The notes: generated from the sequence alone by a model not told the origin. Positions 8,994 through 17,837 are shown, numbered from the stretch's first letter. The stretch is DNA of 64,000 nt from an uncultured Actinomycetes bacterium (GCA_963744725.1 CAVUUQ010000002.1:760541-824540), one strand, 5' to 3'. Made by a program: numbers and translations.

Positions 8994-11900
8994 CTATTGC
9001 GCCCCTCGTAGCTCGTCCACAGCGCCGGGCTTCAGTTTCCATTGGCAAGGGAGCGATTCTTCATCCCTAAGCGGGGCAAGCCAGTGGTAGAAATGCGATC
9101 TTTCCCGAACTATGCGTTCGGCATTTTCTTGTTTCAGAGGATTGACTGGAATGACACCATCTAGCTCTGCACAGATTGCCCTAAGGGGTGCTTTGTCAGC
9201 TTCAAAATCACCGGGTTTCCATCTCCAATCTCCAATGATGTCTAGATGTTCTCTCGAGTGATTGTGGACCACTTCACAGTTTGCATGTACAAGGGGTTCA
9301 CTAGGGCCGCTTTGCCGACAAACAGGTTCATTTTCGGCCTTGACCCAAACTTCTTGGCCCGGACGATAGCTAAACACTCCGGAGGCTGAAACCGCCCAAC
9401 GTAGCGCTGCGTGTGGTGCAACATATTCGTCATATTCCCCATGACACTGTGGCGATTTAATTCCTTTAGCTTCCGTCACTAACAGTTCTCTTGCTTCCCG
9501 TCGAAATTCAGGAACGAATTTTGGGGGTAGTTCGGTACTGGCGTTAAACCCATAACCGCTTGGATCCCACCGACACATGTTGAAATCGTAGGCGCGTTCT
9601 TTTACCCGACTGTGTTTTGGCGAGAAGGCGGGCGCTAGTTCGGATACCTGTTCTTCTTGCTCTTTGCCGAACCTCGTGAGGTTCATGAGAAGGTGTGGTG
9701 CTCTCCTGGGCCCAGTGTCGTTGAGCGTCACGGTCGCAACAGTGGTTTCGCCGGCTTCATTTTCGGTCTCATAGTGCTCTTCAAAGCCGACCAGAACCCG
9801 TGCCGCCCTATCTCGCTGAACTTCACTTGAGTTCAGGGCGCGGTTGTAGACCCGAACGTCGTCGATGCGGCCTTTGAAGCTCGCGCCGAAGACATCGCAG
9901 CCGATCTGCAGCGGCCCTTCGGCCGTCGTCAGGGTTGGGGCGACGTTGGTGCTGTGTTCTTCGTCGCCGAGGGCGCCGTCGACGTAGAGGCGGATGACGT
10001 TGCCGTCGTCGGTCAGAGCGATGTGAGACCAGGCGGGCTCGGGCAGCGGTTCTTCTCCGTAGACGCCGCGGAAGCCTTCGGCGCCGCCTTTGCGCACCCA
10101 AGCCTTCGGAATTTCGTTTTGGCCGGCGAGGAGCTCGTAGGCGTAGGGCTCTTCTTTGCCTGGCGAGTTTTCGTCGGCCATCGAGATCACCGGCAGGGCT
10201 TCTTCTCCCCAGCCCACCGGCCGCACCCAAGCCTCGAGCGTGAATTCTTCGGTCAGTTGCAGGTCTTCGGTGGCGGTGATCGTTACGCAATCTTCTTCGC
10301 CGTCGAACTCGAGCGAGCCGCCGTATTTACCTCTGGCCCATTCGGCGCCTGCGATCGTCCCGGTGTGACCGGCGCCGGTCAGGTCTTCGACCGTGGATCC
10401 TTCGCCTTCGTCGAAGGAGTAAGCAGCGATCGGGCTGCGCTGGGGGGTCTGAATCCCGGTGCTTTCGTTGACCGCCATTTCACCGGGATCGAGCGCTCGG
10501 TTGTAGATCCGCACCTCGTCGATGCGGCCGTCGAAGTAGTCGCCGGTTTCGGTGGAGCCGCCGATCTCGAGGTCGCCTTCCGTGGTGAGGATCGGTTCGG
10601 CTGAGCCGTTGTCGACGAGCTGGCCGTTGACGTAGAGGAAGGTGCGGTTGCCGCCGAAGACCAAGGCGACGTGGCTCCAGGCGTGGGCGTCGAGCGGATC
10701 GTCGGCGTGGATCAGTTCCTGGCCTTCTGCCGCCGCCCCTTCAGGACGGTCGGAGATGGCACCGCCCTCGTAGATCGCGTAGCCGAGCCCGCCTTCGCGC
10801 TGCTTGGCGATCAGCGGCGCTGCTTCGTTTTCGCCGCCGCTCGGGCGGACCCAGGCTTCGAGGGTGAATTCTTCGGTGAAGTCGAGATCAGGCGCGTCGG
10901 GGATCCGCAGCAGGTCTTCTTCGGAGGCGTCGAATTCATAGGCGCCGCCGAAGCGGCCTTTGGCCGTCCAGTTGGCGCCTTCGACCGTCGCCGTGTGGTT
11001 GGCGCCGCTGAGGTCTTCGGCGGTTTCGCCTTCGTCTTTGTCGAAGGAGTACTCGGCGACCGGGCCCTGCTGGGGGGTCTGGATCGGCGCCAGGTCGTTC
11101 TTCACTTCGGCTTCGGAGAGGGCGCGGTTATAGATCCGGGCCTCGTCGATCCGGCCGGTGAACTGGCCGTCGGGGATGTCGCAGCCGATCTTCATCGCGC
11201 CGCTGCCGGTCGCCGGAGAAGTCGGCGCGTATTCGGTGCCGGCCAGTTCGCCGTCGACGTACACGCGCAGGTAGGCGCCGTCGTACGTGGTCGCGATGTG
11301 CTCCCAGGCGTCGGCCCGGAGTTCCGTTTCGCCGATCGCGTACTCGGCTTCCCCGCCTTCGCCGATGAAGCCTTCGGCCTTGTGTTCTTCGCGGGAGCCG
11401 AGACCGAGGCCGTAGGCGAGATCGCCTTCTGATTCCTTGACGATCACCGGGTCGTCGAAGACGCCGCCCTCGGGGCGGACCCAGGCCTCGAGGGTGAATT
11501 CTTCGGAGAGCCGCAGGTCTTCGGCGTCGGCGATGGAGAGGCATTCAGTCCCGCCTTTGCCGTCGAAGCCGATCGCGCCGCCGTACTTGCCCCGCACCCA
11601 GGTACCGGCTTCGATCGTTGCCGGGTGTTCGTTGCCGCTCACGTCTTCGACGGTGGTGTCTTCGCCTTCGCCTTCGTCGAAGGAGTACTCGGCGATCGGT
11701 CCCTGCTGGGGGGTCTGGATCGGGGCGAGCATGTCGGTGCCAATTTCGGTGGGGATCAGGGCGCGGTCGTAGAGGCGCACCTCGTCGATCCGGCCCTTGA
11801 AGGCGTCGTCGGCGCCTTCGAAGATGTCGCCGCCGATCAAGACCGCGCTTTCGCTCGCTTTCGCCAGTGAGGCTGGCTCGGTGCATTTCAGCTGGCCGTC

Positions 11901-13214
11901 GACGTAGAGGCGAAGGAAGGCGCCGTCGAAGCTGAGGGCAAGGTGCGACCAGGCCTTCGCCGGCAGTGGGGCGCCCGGGGAGTTGACCGCGTGGATGCCG
12001 TCGTCGCCTTCGACGAAGCCGGCCGGGCCTTCATCTGCGCCTTCGGCGTGGAGCTGGTAGCTGAGGCCGCCTTCGCGTTCCTTGGTGACGACGGCGCTCC
12101 ATTCGTTTGCTTCGTCGGGCCGCACCCAAGCCTCGAGGGTGAATTCTTCTTCGAAGTCAAAGGCGGGGTCTTCGGGAACCTGGACGAGCGTGCCTTCTTC
12201 GCCGTCGAAGTGGAGGGCCGAGCCGTATTTGCCTTTCGCCCATTCGGCGCCTTCGATGGTGGCGGTGTGTTCGTTGCCTGAGGCGTCGGTGGCGGTGGTG
12301 CCTTCGTCCTCGTCGAAGGCGTAGGCGGCGACCGGGCCGGCGGGCGCGGTTTCGATCGGGGTCGCCATGTCTTCGCCGACTTCTGAGGCATCTAGCGGGC
12401 GGTCGTAGAGGCGAACCTCGTCGATCCGGCCGTCGAAGTATTCGGGGCCGTGTTCGCCGCCGAGGATGTCGGCGCCGATCAGAAGGTCGCCTTCTGAGGT
12501 TTGTACTTCTGAGGCGGGGCCGGTGTCGACCAATTCGCCGTTTACGTAGAGGCGGAGGTGGGCGCCGTCGTCGGTTAAGGCGACGTGGGACCAGGCGTGG
12601 AGGGGAAGGGCGGCGGTGCCGGCGGCGCCTTCTTCGATCCAGGTCTGATTTGAGATATAGCCTTCCGGCACCCCTTTTTCTTTGCCACCGACGTAGAGCG
12701 CGTAGGAGAAGTATTCGTCGGTCTGCTTGGCGATGATCGGGGTCCAGAAGTGTTCTTCGCGGGGGCGGACCCAGGCCTCGAGGGTGAATTCGCCTTCGGT
12801 GAAGCGCAGATCTTCGGAGTCCGGAATCGTTACGACATCGCCGCCTTCTGGGCCGAATTCGAGGGCTCCTCCGTAGCGGCCCTTGACCCGGGTGGCGCCT
12901 TCGATTGTGGCGGTGTGTTCGTTGCCGCTCTCATCTTCGGCGGTATTGCCTTCGGGTTCGTCGAAGGAGTACTCGGCCACCGGGCCTTCGCCGCCGGCGG
13001 CGGCGCGGGCGAGCTCAGGGGCACCACGGGTCCCACCCCCCCAAGGCGCAATCCACACCAGGAGGATCAAGAGCGCTGAAAACAGCAGCACTGCGAGCAC
13101 AGACGAATCGATGCGCCTCCGCAACATTGCAACCCCCTGAAAGAGCCCGGACCGAGACTCGGTGGCGAGAACGGTTAGGAGTCGCCTTTTATTGTGGTCT
13201 TCTCCTTTTGTCAA
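8994..13214 (-). CDS. Giant surface/secreted protein: N-terminal membrane anchor or signal, five LamG (concanavalin-A-like, LamG_3-type) repeats, and a ~280-aa Cys-rich C-terminal domain of unknown family
   Basis: 1406-aa ORF (alternative start M30 at 13127). Hydrophobic segment VLAVLLFSALLILLVWIAPW. Five ~210-aa repeats each contain GP[VI]AxYSFDExEG...SGNEHTATIEG...FTLEAWVRP...AWSH[VLI]AL...LYV[DN]G...GRIDEVR[LI]Y[DN]RAL. The C-terminal ~280 aa (8994-9836) resemble nothing I can name. Confidence 0.85.
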   Translation of the reverse strand: MTKGEDHNKRRLLTVLATESRSGLFQGVAMLRRRIDSSVLAVLLFSALLILLVWIAPWGGGTRGAPELARAAAGGEGPVAEYSFDEPEGNTAEDESGNEHTATIEGATRVKGRYGGALEFGPEGGDVVTIPDSEDLRFTEGEFTLEAWVRPREEHFWTPIIAKQTDEYFSYALYVGGKEKGVPEGYISNQTWIEEGAAGTAALPLHAWSHVALTDDGAHLRLYVNGELVDTGPASEVQTSEGDLLIGADILGGEHGPEYFDGRIDEVRLYDRPLDASEVGEDMATPIETAPAGPVAAYAFDEDEGTTATDASGNEHTATIEGAEWAKGKYGSALHFDGEEGTLVQVPEDPAFDFEEEFTLEAWVRPDEANEWSAVVTKEREGGLSYQLHAEGADEGPAGFVEGDDGIHAVNSPGAPLPAKAWSHLALSFDGAFLRLYVDGQLKCTEPASLAKASESAVLIGGDIFEGADDAFKGRIDEVRLYDRALIPTEIGTDMLAPIQTPQQGPIAEYSFDEGEGEDTTVEDVSGNEHPATIEAGTWVRGKYGGAIGFDGKGGTECLSIADAEDLRLSEEFTLEAWVRPEGGVFDDPVIVKESEGDLAYGLGLGSREEHKAEGFIGEGGEAEYAIGETELRADAWEHIATTYDGAYLRVYVDGELAGTEYAPTSPATGSGAMKIGCDIPDGQFTGRIDEARIYNRALSEAEVKNDLAPIQTPQQGPVAEYSFDKDEGETAEDLSGANHTATVEGANWTAKGRFGGAYEFDASEEDLLRIPDAPDLDFTEEFTLEAWVRPSGGENEAAPLIAKQREGGLGYAIYEGGAISDRPEGAAAEGQELIHADDPLDAHAWSHVALVFGGNRTFLYVNGQLVDNGSAEPILTTEGDLEIGGSTETGDYFDGRIDEVRIYNRALDPGEMAVNESTGIQTPQRSPIAAYSFDEGEGSTVEDLTGAGHTGTIAGAEWARGKYGGSLEFDGEEDCVTITATEDLQLTEEFTLEAWVRPVGWGEEALPVISMADENSPGKEEPYAYELLAGQNEIPKAWVRKGGAEGFRGVYGEEPLPEPAWSHIALTDDGNVIRLYVDGALGDEEHSTNVAPTLTTAEGPLQIGCDVFGASFKGRIDDVRVYNRALNSSEVQRDRAARVLVGFEEHYETENEAGETTVATVTLNDTGPRRAPHLLMNLTRFGKEQEEQVSELAPAFSPKHSRVKERAYDFNMCRWDPSGYGFNASTELPPKFVPEFRREARELLVTEAKGIKSPQCHGEYDEYVAPHAALRWAVSASGVFSYRPGQEVWVKAENEPVCRQSGPSEPLVHANCEVVHNHSREHLDIIGDWRWKPGDFEADKAPLRAICAELDGVIPVNPLKQENAERIVRERSHFYHWLAPLRDEESLPCQWKLKPGAVDELRGAQ
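9837..12986 (-). repeat. Five tandem ~630-bp coding repeats (LamG modules)
   Basis: The protein periodicity is visible directly in the translation. The repeats are diverged but recognisable at DNA level, for example recurring gaattcttcggt / ggcctcgagggtgaattc blocks. Confidence 0.8.
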
Positions 13215-13335
13215 GGAATATGTTTGAGAAGTAGACCTCCACCTGCTAATAAGGCTATCTCTACTGATTTTTAGAGACTGAGGCTCGATCAGATGTCGAT
13301 TGCCCGAATTTGCCTAGGCAGCGGCACTCCGGGCT

Positions 13336-13848
13336 TCAAGCGCCGGGGTCCGCCGCCGCCTCGACCGCGTCGAGCGCCTCTAGGACGGCGTTACCTCGCT
13401 TGCCTCCTAGCCCGTAGAAATGCTCAACCGCGCCACGTCTCCGCTCGGTGCCAACGAGCTCCAGTACCCCGAGCGAGCGGAGTACGCTGAGGTGGTAGGT
13501 GACGTTGGGGAGCCCGTCCGGCAGCGCCTCGTTGAGCGTGACCGGAGAGAGCCCTCGAGCCCCGCGCATCTTCCTGATGATCGAGACGCGGAGAGGATGT
13601 CCGAGCGCACGACCCACCGCTGCCACATCTTCGGCCGAGGGAACTGATTTGACTGTTCGGGGTGCGGCCACGAGCTGACTTGAGACTACGGATCGCCGCG
13701 CCGTCCTGATCCCACTTGGCGCCTGGCTCTCCTTGGCGGCCCAGACAGCCACTGGGCTGCCCGACCGCCGACGCCGTCGCCAGATCGTCGTCCTCTCGCT
13801 CGGGTTCGGAACGATCGGTGCGGCATCTACGGGATCGGCGGTGGTCAT
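13336..13848 (-). CDS. ArsR-like winged-helix transcriptional regulator (start uncertain)
   Basis: The core VAAVGRALGHPLRVSIIRKMRGARGLSPVTLNEALPDGLPNVTYHLSVLRSLGVLELVGTERRRGAVEHFYGL fits the ArsR/SmtB HTH pattern. The N-terminal ~70 aa are low-complexity, so the true start may be internal. Confidence 0.65.
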   Translation of the reverse strand: MTTADPVDAAPIVPNPSERTTIWRRRRRSGSPVAVWAAKESQAPSGIRTARRSVVSSQLVAAPRTVKSVPSAEDVAAVGRALGHPLRVSIIRKMRGARGLSPVTLNEALPDGLPNVTYHLSVLRSLGVLELVGTERRRGAVEHFYGLGGKRGNAVLEALDAVEAAADPGA

Positions 13849-13910
13849 GCCGGATCAGCCCTGTTGCCGAGCAGGTGGATCAACTCGCCGCAGACCTGGC
13901 GGGCACGGGT

Positions 13911-14135
13911 TTACTGCATCAGCCGATCGGCGTCCTCATCGCGACCACGCCGAACGTCCTCGGGCTGGTCGATGCCCTCTTCGGCGCTAACCCTTAGGCG
14001 CCAGAGAGTCTCGGCAAGCTCGTCTTTCGGGACCGTGATGGCGAAGATCTCGCGCCGATCCTCATTTGCGTACCGCTCGGCGGCCTCGAAATCCTCCCGC
14101 TTGATCATCAGCCCGGGGTCAGTGCTCCCGGTCAT
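13911..14135 (-). CDS. Small acidic hypothetical protein
   Basis: 74 aa counted from the internal ATG (MTGSTDPGLMIKREDFEAAERYANEDRREIFAITVPKDELAETLW...). It has the same orientation as the ArsR-like and LamG genes and lies just upstream of them. The call is weak. Confidence 0.3.
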   Translation of the reverse strand: MTGSTDPGLMIKREDFEAAERYANEDRREIFAITVPKDELAETLWRLRVSAEEGIDQPEDVRRGRDEDADRLMQ

Positions 14136-14444
14136 GCGCTGGAGGAGCAGCTGGTGACAGCGCGGCGCGTTCGTTGCGGCCGATCTGAAGCGTGGCGTCC
14201 GACATCGGTTCCCCTTTCGTGGGGGCACCGAAGAGCGGCCCACGGTGTCAGCCCCAGGTCAGGGCGACGGGCAGTACCGTCTCTGTCGGCATCGAAGGAT
14301 CGTTCTTCGGTGCCAGCCCCGGGGGTGTTCCTGCACCTCCGGGGCGCTATGGAATTGTCACGGCGCGGCGACCGTAGCGCCGCCGCGGTGGCGAAGCGAG
14401 TCCGAATCGGCGGTAATCGGCGCCGATCGCCTCATATTGAGGGT

Positions 14445-14468
14445 ATTTCGGGCACTAGTGCCCGAAAT
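14445..14468. repeat. 24-bp perfect palindrome ATTTCGGGCACTAGTGCCCGAAAT
   Basis: Perfect dyad symmetry, flanked by a further inverted pair CCTCATAT (14431-14438) / ATATGAGG (14477-14484). Confidence 0.8.
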
Positions 14469-14533
14469 GGAGGGGATATGAGGGGGTGGTTCGGGATTCC
14501 CTGGCGGGTCGGAAACCCCCGATTAGCAGGGAA

Positions 14534-14563
14534 AGCGGCTGAAGGGATTCGAACCCTCGACCT
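14534..14563 (-). other. tRNA 3'-end-like fragment (T-arm plus acceptor strand), not a complete tRNA
   Basis: The minus strand reads AGGTC-GAGGG-TTCGAAT-CCCTT-CAGCCGC-T. No matching 5' acceptor, D-arm or anticodon stem lies upstream. Confidence 0.55.
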
Positions 14564-14600
14564 TCTGCATGGGCAAGTAAAACGCCAATAGAGGCCGAGC

Positions 14601-14626
14601 GACGGTGGCACAGGCGGTGGCACAAA
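14601..14626 (+). repeat. GACGGTGGCACAGGCGGTGGCACAAA motif, copy 2
   Basis: Matches 442-467 and 14831-14855. It sits 45 bp to the left of the second tRNA-derived repeat. Confidence 0.6.
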
Positions 14627-14671
14627 TTGAGAAAATGGCCTTCCGGAGCGGAACGCGGGCACCCACCCGGC

Positions 14672-14886
14672 GCCTTGAAAGCCGTTAGGCCTTATCCAGG
14701 TCTCGTGGGTTCGAATCCCACCCCCTCCGCTTAGAGGCTCGAATTTGGCTCTAGGGAGCCGTATGCGCAGGGGCTAGGAGGCCGCCGGTCGGTCCGGTTG
14801 TGTCCGGCTGGATCCGGTAGTGAAAGGGCTGACGGTGGCACAGCCGTGGCACAAAACGGCGAGCAAACCCGCATGCCAGGCCGACT
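14672..14886 (+). repeat. Direct repeat copy 2: partial tRNA-Ser (anticodon loop to 3' end, 14672-14731) plus downstream region
   Basis: GCCTTGAAAGCCGTTAGGCCT...GTCTCGTGGGTTCGAATCCCACCCCCTCCGCT, followed by CGAATTTGGCTCTAGGGAGC... as at 292-498. The tRNA 5' half is missing, so this is not a functional gene. Confidence 0.85.
14831..14855 (+). repeat. GACGGTGGCACAGCCGTGGCACAAA motif, copy 3
   Basis: Lies within repeat copy 2. It is one nucleotide shorter than copy 1. Confidence 0.6.
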
Positions 14887-15199
14887 TACGATCGCAACGG
14901 GAATGCGTCAGAGTGGCAAAAGCGCTACGAGCTGCCTGTTGCCGGCACCGAAGTAGGCTCGAACGCGTCTCTTCGATAGTTGCCAGCAGTAACTCGATCG
15001 CTACCGCGAGCAGTGGTCCGGCTGACGCGGTGTGGGAATCTCGACTCCTCTTCGGGGAGCAACGGATCGAGGCCTATTACGCATCACTGGCTTGTGCAGC
15101 GGGCGCCGCCGTCACCCGAGCGCCGGCGACCGCCGCCGGCGGCCGACATAGTCAGGGGGCGCAACCTCGATCGGCTCACGTGGTTGGTTAGACATGCGG

Positions 15200-15534
15200 A
15201 GGGAGCGCCGAGCAATTTGGAGAGTGGGCGGCTACCGCTCGCGCCGCAGCTCATCACTCTCGACAGCGCGGGTCGCGTCGTCGTAGTCGGCACCGTCAAC
15301 GTCGCCTTCGACAAATCCTTGGGGGCGACCGCGGAGCCGGCGGTCACTCGATTGCTCCCGGAAGGCACTCCCGACACGGGTTTCGGCAGCGAAGGTCTTA
15401 CCCTGCTTGAACCGCTTTCCCGCTGGCCCGGCGACGCGACCGGGCTGGTTGACGGGCCAGACGGCTCGATCGTGATCGCGGGCGCGAGCGCGCCGACACT
15501 GGACGGTATTGGAACCAAACGTCGGTTCGCCTGA
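15200..15534 (+). pseudogene. Delta-60-repeat protein fragment (paralog of 619-1842)
   Basis: ...GRVVVVGTVNVAFDKSLGATAEPAVTRLLPEGTPDTGFGSEGLTLL...DGPDGSIVIAG carries the same LLPxGxxDxxFGxxG unit. No signal peptide or credible start is present. The matching 3' tail lies 1.9 kb away at 17404-17510 and is frameshifted. Confidence 0.4.
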
Positions 15535-15661
15535 TCCAAGAGCTTCACGATTCGGTGAGCCACCGACCCCGTTGAGCGGCTCCCTTTGAGGAGCCTTCCG
15601 AACCGGTTTGCGTTCGGGGGCGGAGGGTAAATTCTGAAGTCGGAGCTAGAGGAGGTTCAAG

Positions 15662-16609
15662 ATGTGCACGGGCATCCGGTTCAGCGACGGGGAGGGCCAT
15701 CTCTACCTGGCGCGCAACCTCGACTGGACGAGCGGCTATGGAGAGCAGGTCGTCATGACGCCTCGGGGGTACGCACCCAAGTCACCGTTCGATGGGGTGG
15801 CCGGCATCCGGCATGCGGTCATCGGAATGGGCATCGTGGAGGAGGACACGCCGCTCTACTTCGACTGCGGCAACGATGCCGGCATCGCCGTGGCGGGCCT
15901 CAACTTCCCGGGGTACGCCGAGTACGCCGCTGAGCCTGCGGAGGGGGCGACCAACGTCGCCGCGTTCGAGTTCCCGCTCTGGGTGGCCTCGCAGTTCGAG
16001 AGCGTCGACGAGGTCGAGGCGGCGCTACGCGATGTCGCCATCGTCGATCAGCCGATTAACGAGAAGTACCCGAGCTCCCTGCTCCATTGGGTCATCGGCG
16101 ACTCGCAGCGCGCGATCGTGGTGGAGTACACCGCCGGCGGCATGCACGTCTTCGACGACGACGTCGACGTCCTCGCCAACCAGCCGGGCTTTTCCTGGCA
16201 CCACGAGAACCTGCGCAACTACCTCAACGTGACGCCGGATTTCCCCGAGGACACCGTGCTCGGCCGAGCGCAGTTGGAGCCCTTCGGCTCGGGGTCGCAC
16301 ATGCGGGGGATCCCGGGGGACTACTACTCACCGTCTCGGTTCGTGCGTGCGGCGTATGTCAACGCCCACTATCCGGAGAAGTCGACCGAGGAAGAGAACG
16401 TCAGTCGTGCGTTCCACACCCTGCAGCAAGTCGCGATGGTGGACGGATGCGCAGCCATGGGCTCGGGCGAGTTCGAGAAGACCATCTACACGGGGCTCTT
16501 CTCGTCCCGCACGAATACCTACTACTGGAACACCTACGAGGATCCGGCCATCCAGAGCGTCGCGATGGCGGACCACTCGCCCGACGGAACGGAGCTTGCC
16601 GTCGTGTAG
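15662..16609 (+). CDS. Choloylglycine hydrolase / penicillin V acylase family (Ntn-hydrolase, linear amide C-N hydrolase)
   Basis: 315 aa starting MCTGIRF, with the nucleophile Cys at position 2 after Met removal. LARNLDW and further family blocks are present. A GGAGG Shine-Dalgarno sequence lies 7 nt upstream. Confidence 0.85.
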   Translation: MCTGIRFSDGEGHLYLARNLDWTSGYGEQVVMTPRGYAPKSPFDGVAGIRHAVIGMGIVEEDTPLYFDCGNDAGIAVAGLNFPGYAEYAAEPAEGATNVAAFEFPLWVASQFESVDEVEAALRDVAIVDQPINEKYPSSLLHWVIGDSQRAIVVEYTAGGMHVFDDDVDVLANQPGFSWHHENLRNYLNVTPDFPEDTVLGRAQLEPFGSGSHMRGIPGDYYSPSRFVRAAYVNAHYPEKSTEEENVSRAFHTLQQVAMVDGCAAMGSGEFEKTIYTGLFSSRTNTYYWNTYEDPAIQSVAMADHSPDGTELAVV

Positions 16610-16635
16610 ACGGCCTTGAGCCGACACACGGTCGG

Positions 16636-17094
16636 TTAGATTGCGGCTGGAGGAGGGCCGCTCAGCACGATCGACCCGGCGGCGACGGCGGGCGTCGCCA
16701 GCGATCCCGACCCGATGCCCTCCCCGAGAACGGCATAGGGAACGGTCCGAAGAATCGCGCCGACCGCAAATGCCTCCGAGAAGGCCCGCGCTCCGACCGG
16801 CGATGCACCATCCACGTAGTGAAGCGCCGTCGAATCCGCCCCGCGCCTGGCCACGAAGTCGGGGAGATCCTCGACATGGCGCTCGACCCTTTGGAGTCAT
16901 TCCAGGAGAGCTATTCGGCGGCCAATCACCACCCCAAGCGCCAACGGGATCAGGCCCTTTTCACGCGGTTCGATGTCGTTGACGACGAGATCGCCAGGCC
17001 CGAGTTTGCAGAGCCGTTCAAGACCTTGGCTGCGCTTCAGAGCACGCCGTCGTCGCGGAAAAGTCGGAACGGCGGCCTTCTTCTTCGGGGCCAC
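16636..17094 (-). pseudogene. Hypothetical gene interrupted by one in-frame TGA
   Basis: ORFs 16897-17094 and 16636-16896 are in the same frame and are separated only by the TGA at 16897-16899 (...GRRIALLE*LQRVERHVEDLPDFVARRGADSTALHYVDG...). I recognise no family. Confidence 0.35.
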
Positions 17095-17116
17095 GGTTCC
17101 GATAAGAAACTTCTAG

Positions 17117-17146
17117 TCGGGGAGACAGGATTTGAACCTGCAACGC
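17117..17146 (-). other. tRNA 3'-end-like fragment (tRNA-Pro-like acceptor CGGGGAG), not a complete tRNA
   Basis: The minus strand reads GCGTT-GCAGG-TTCAAAT-CCTGT-CTCCCCG-A. No cloverleaf can be built from the upstream sequence. Confidence 0.5.
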
Positions 17147-17542
17147 TCCGCCCCTAGCCCGCCGATGGAGTGCTGAACGCCTCCGGCCGCATCCCACAGT
17201 CCCCGCGTCCCCGGCAGCGGACTTCAGCGAACCAATCGGACGATGCATCCGGTACAAATGCCGGTACGACGTGCCCTTGGCGACACATGCTGCACGACCC
17301 CCGCGGGTCTAGCGCCGGGAAGCGTCCCGGGAGCGAAAGAGTCGCGATCATGCCTGGCAGCTGTTCGATTTCCATCGCTTCGATCAGACCGGCTACGCCG
17401 CCTCCCGGAAGAGACCGTCGCCGCCCTGGCAGGCGCGCCGTGTTCCTCGGCAGCGCCGGCAGGCACGGCGGCACCTGGTTGGTGAAGATCCCGCCGCTGC
17501 GCCACTGACCGGGGCGCCCTCGCGGCTCCGGTTCTTTGCGGC

Positions 17543-17837
17543 TTACGGACGGCAAAAGATGGAGTGGGTGCCGACTCGCCGCCAGATGACGTGAGGCTCG
17601 CCCGTTGACCTCAGCGCCGTATTCGAACGTCGCTCGGCCGTCGTAGGCCCAGGTCAGCTCCCAGACTCCGGGATGCCCTCGCACTCGCTTAACGCGGAGC
17701 TTGGGATGGAATGCCTGAGCACCCCCTGCGAGGTCGGCGATGAACTGCGCTACCGCAGCACGAAATTCCCGCTGCTGCTTGGGGCTCAACCGATCCCAGT
17801 CGCGCCAGAACGAGGCGAGCACTTCACGCGTCGGCAT
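17543..17837 (-). pseudogene. RelE/ParE-superfamily-like toxin, frameshifted near the 3' end (copy B)
   Basis: MPTREVLASFWRDWDRLSPKQQREFRAAVAQFIADLAGGAQAFHPKLRVKRVRGHPGVWELTWAYDGRATFEYGAEVN. A 2-nt deletion near 17601-17606, relative to copy A, then causes read-through into the artefactual 227-aa ORF 17154-17837. Confidence 0.55.

Noticed and set aside
9230-9260. Literal H-N-H letters (VVHNHSREH) in the LamG protein C-terminal domain as an HNH nuclease motif
   Set aside because: The surrounding sequence lacks the beta-beta-alpha-metal spacing and the conserved Asn/His pattern of HNH nucleases. The resemblance is coincidental.
9837-12986. Periodic repeats as a possible CRISPR or non-coding tandem array (also the 27-nt periodicity at 30250-31900)
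   Set aside because: The repeats are about 630 bp long, diverged, and lie within one long open reading frame that encodes LamG modules. The 30-32 kb periodicity is RTX nonapeptide coding. No short repeat-spacer structure exists anywhere in the window.
16897-16899. In-frame TGA as a selenocysteine codon
   Set aside because: I could not see a SECIS-like hairpin immediately downstream, there is no Cys-containing redox motif around it, and the gene lies in a decaying island. A nonsense mutation is the simpler explanation.
17154-17837. 227-aa ORF taken as a real long protein
   Set aside because: It is the frameshifted toxin reading through its lost stop into non-coding and duplicated sequence.
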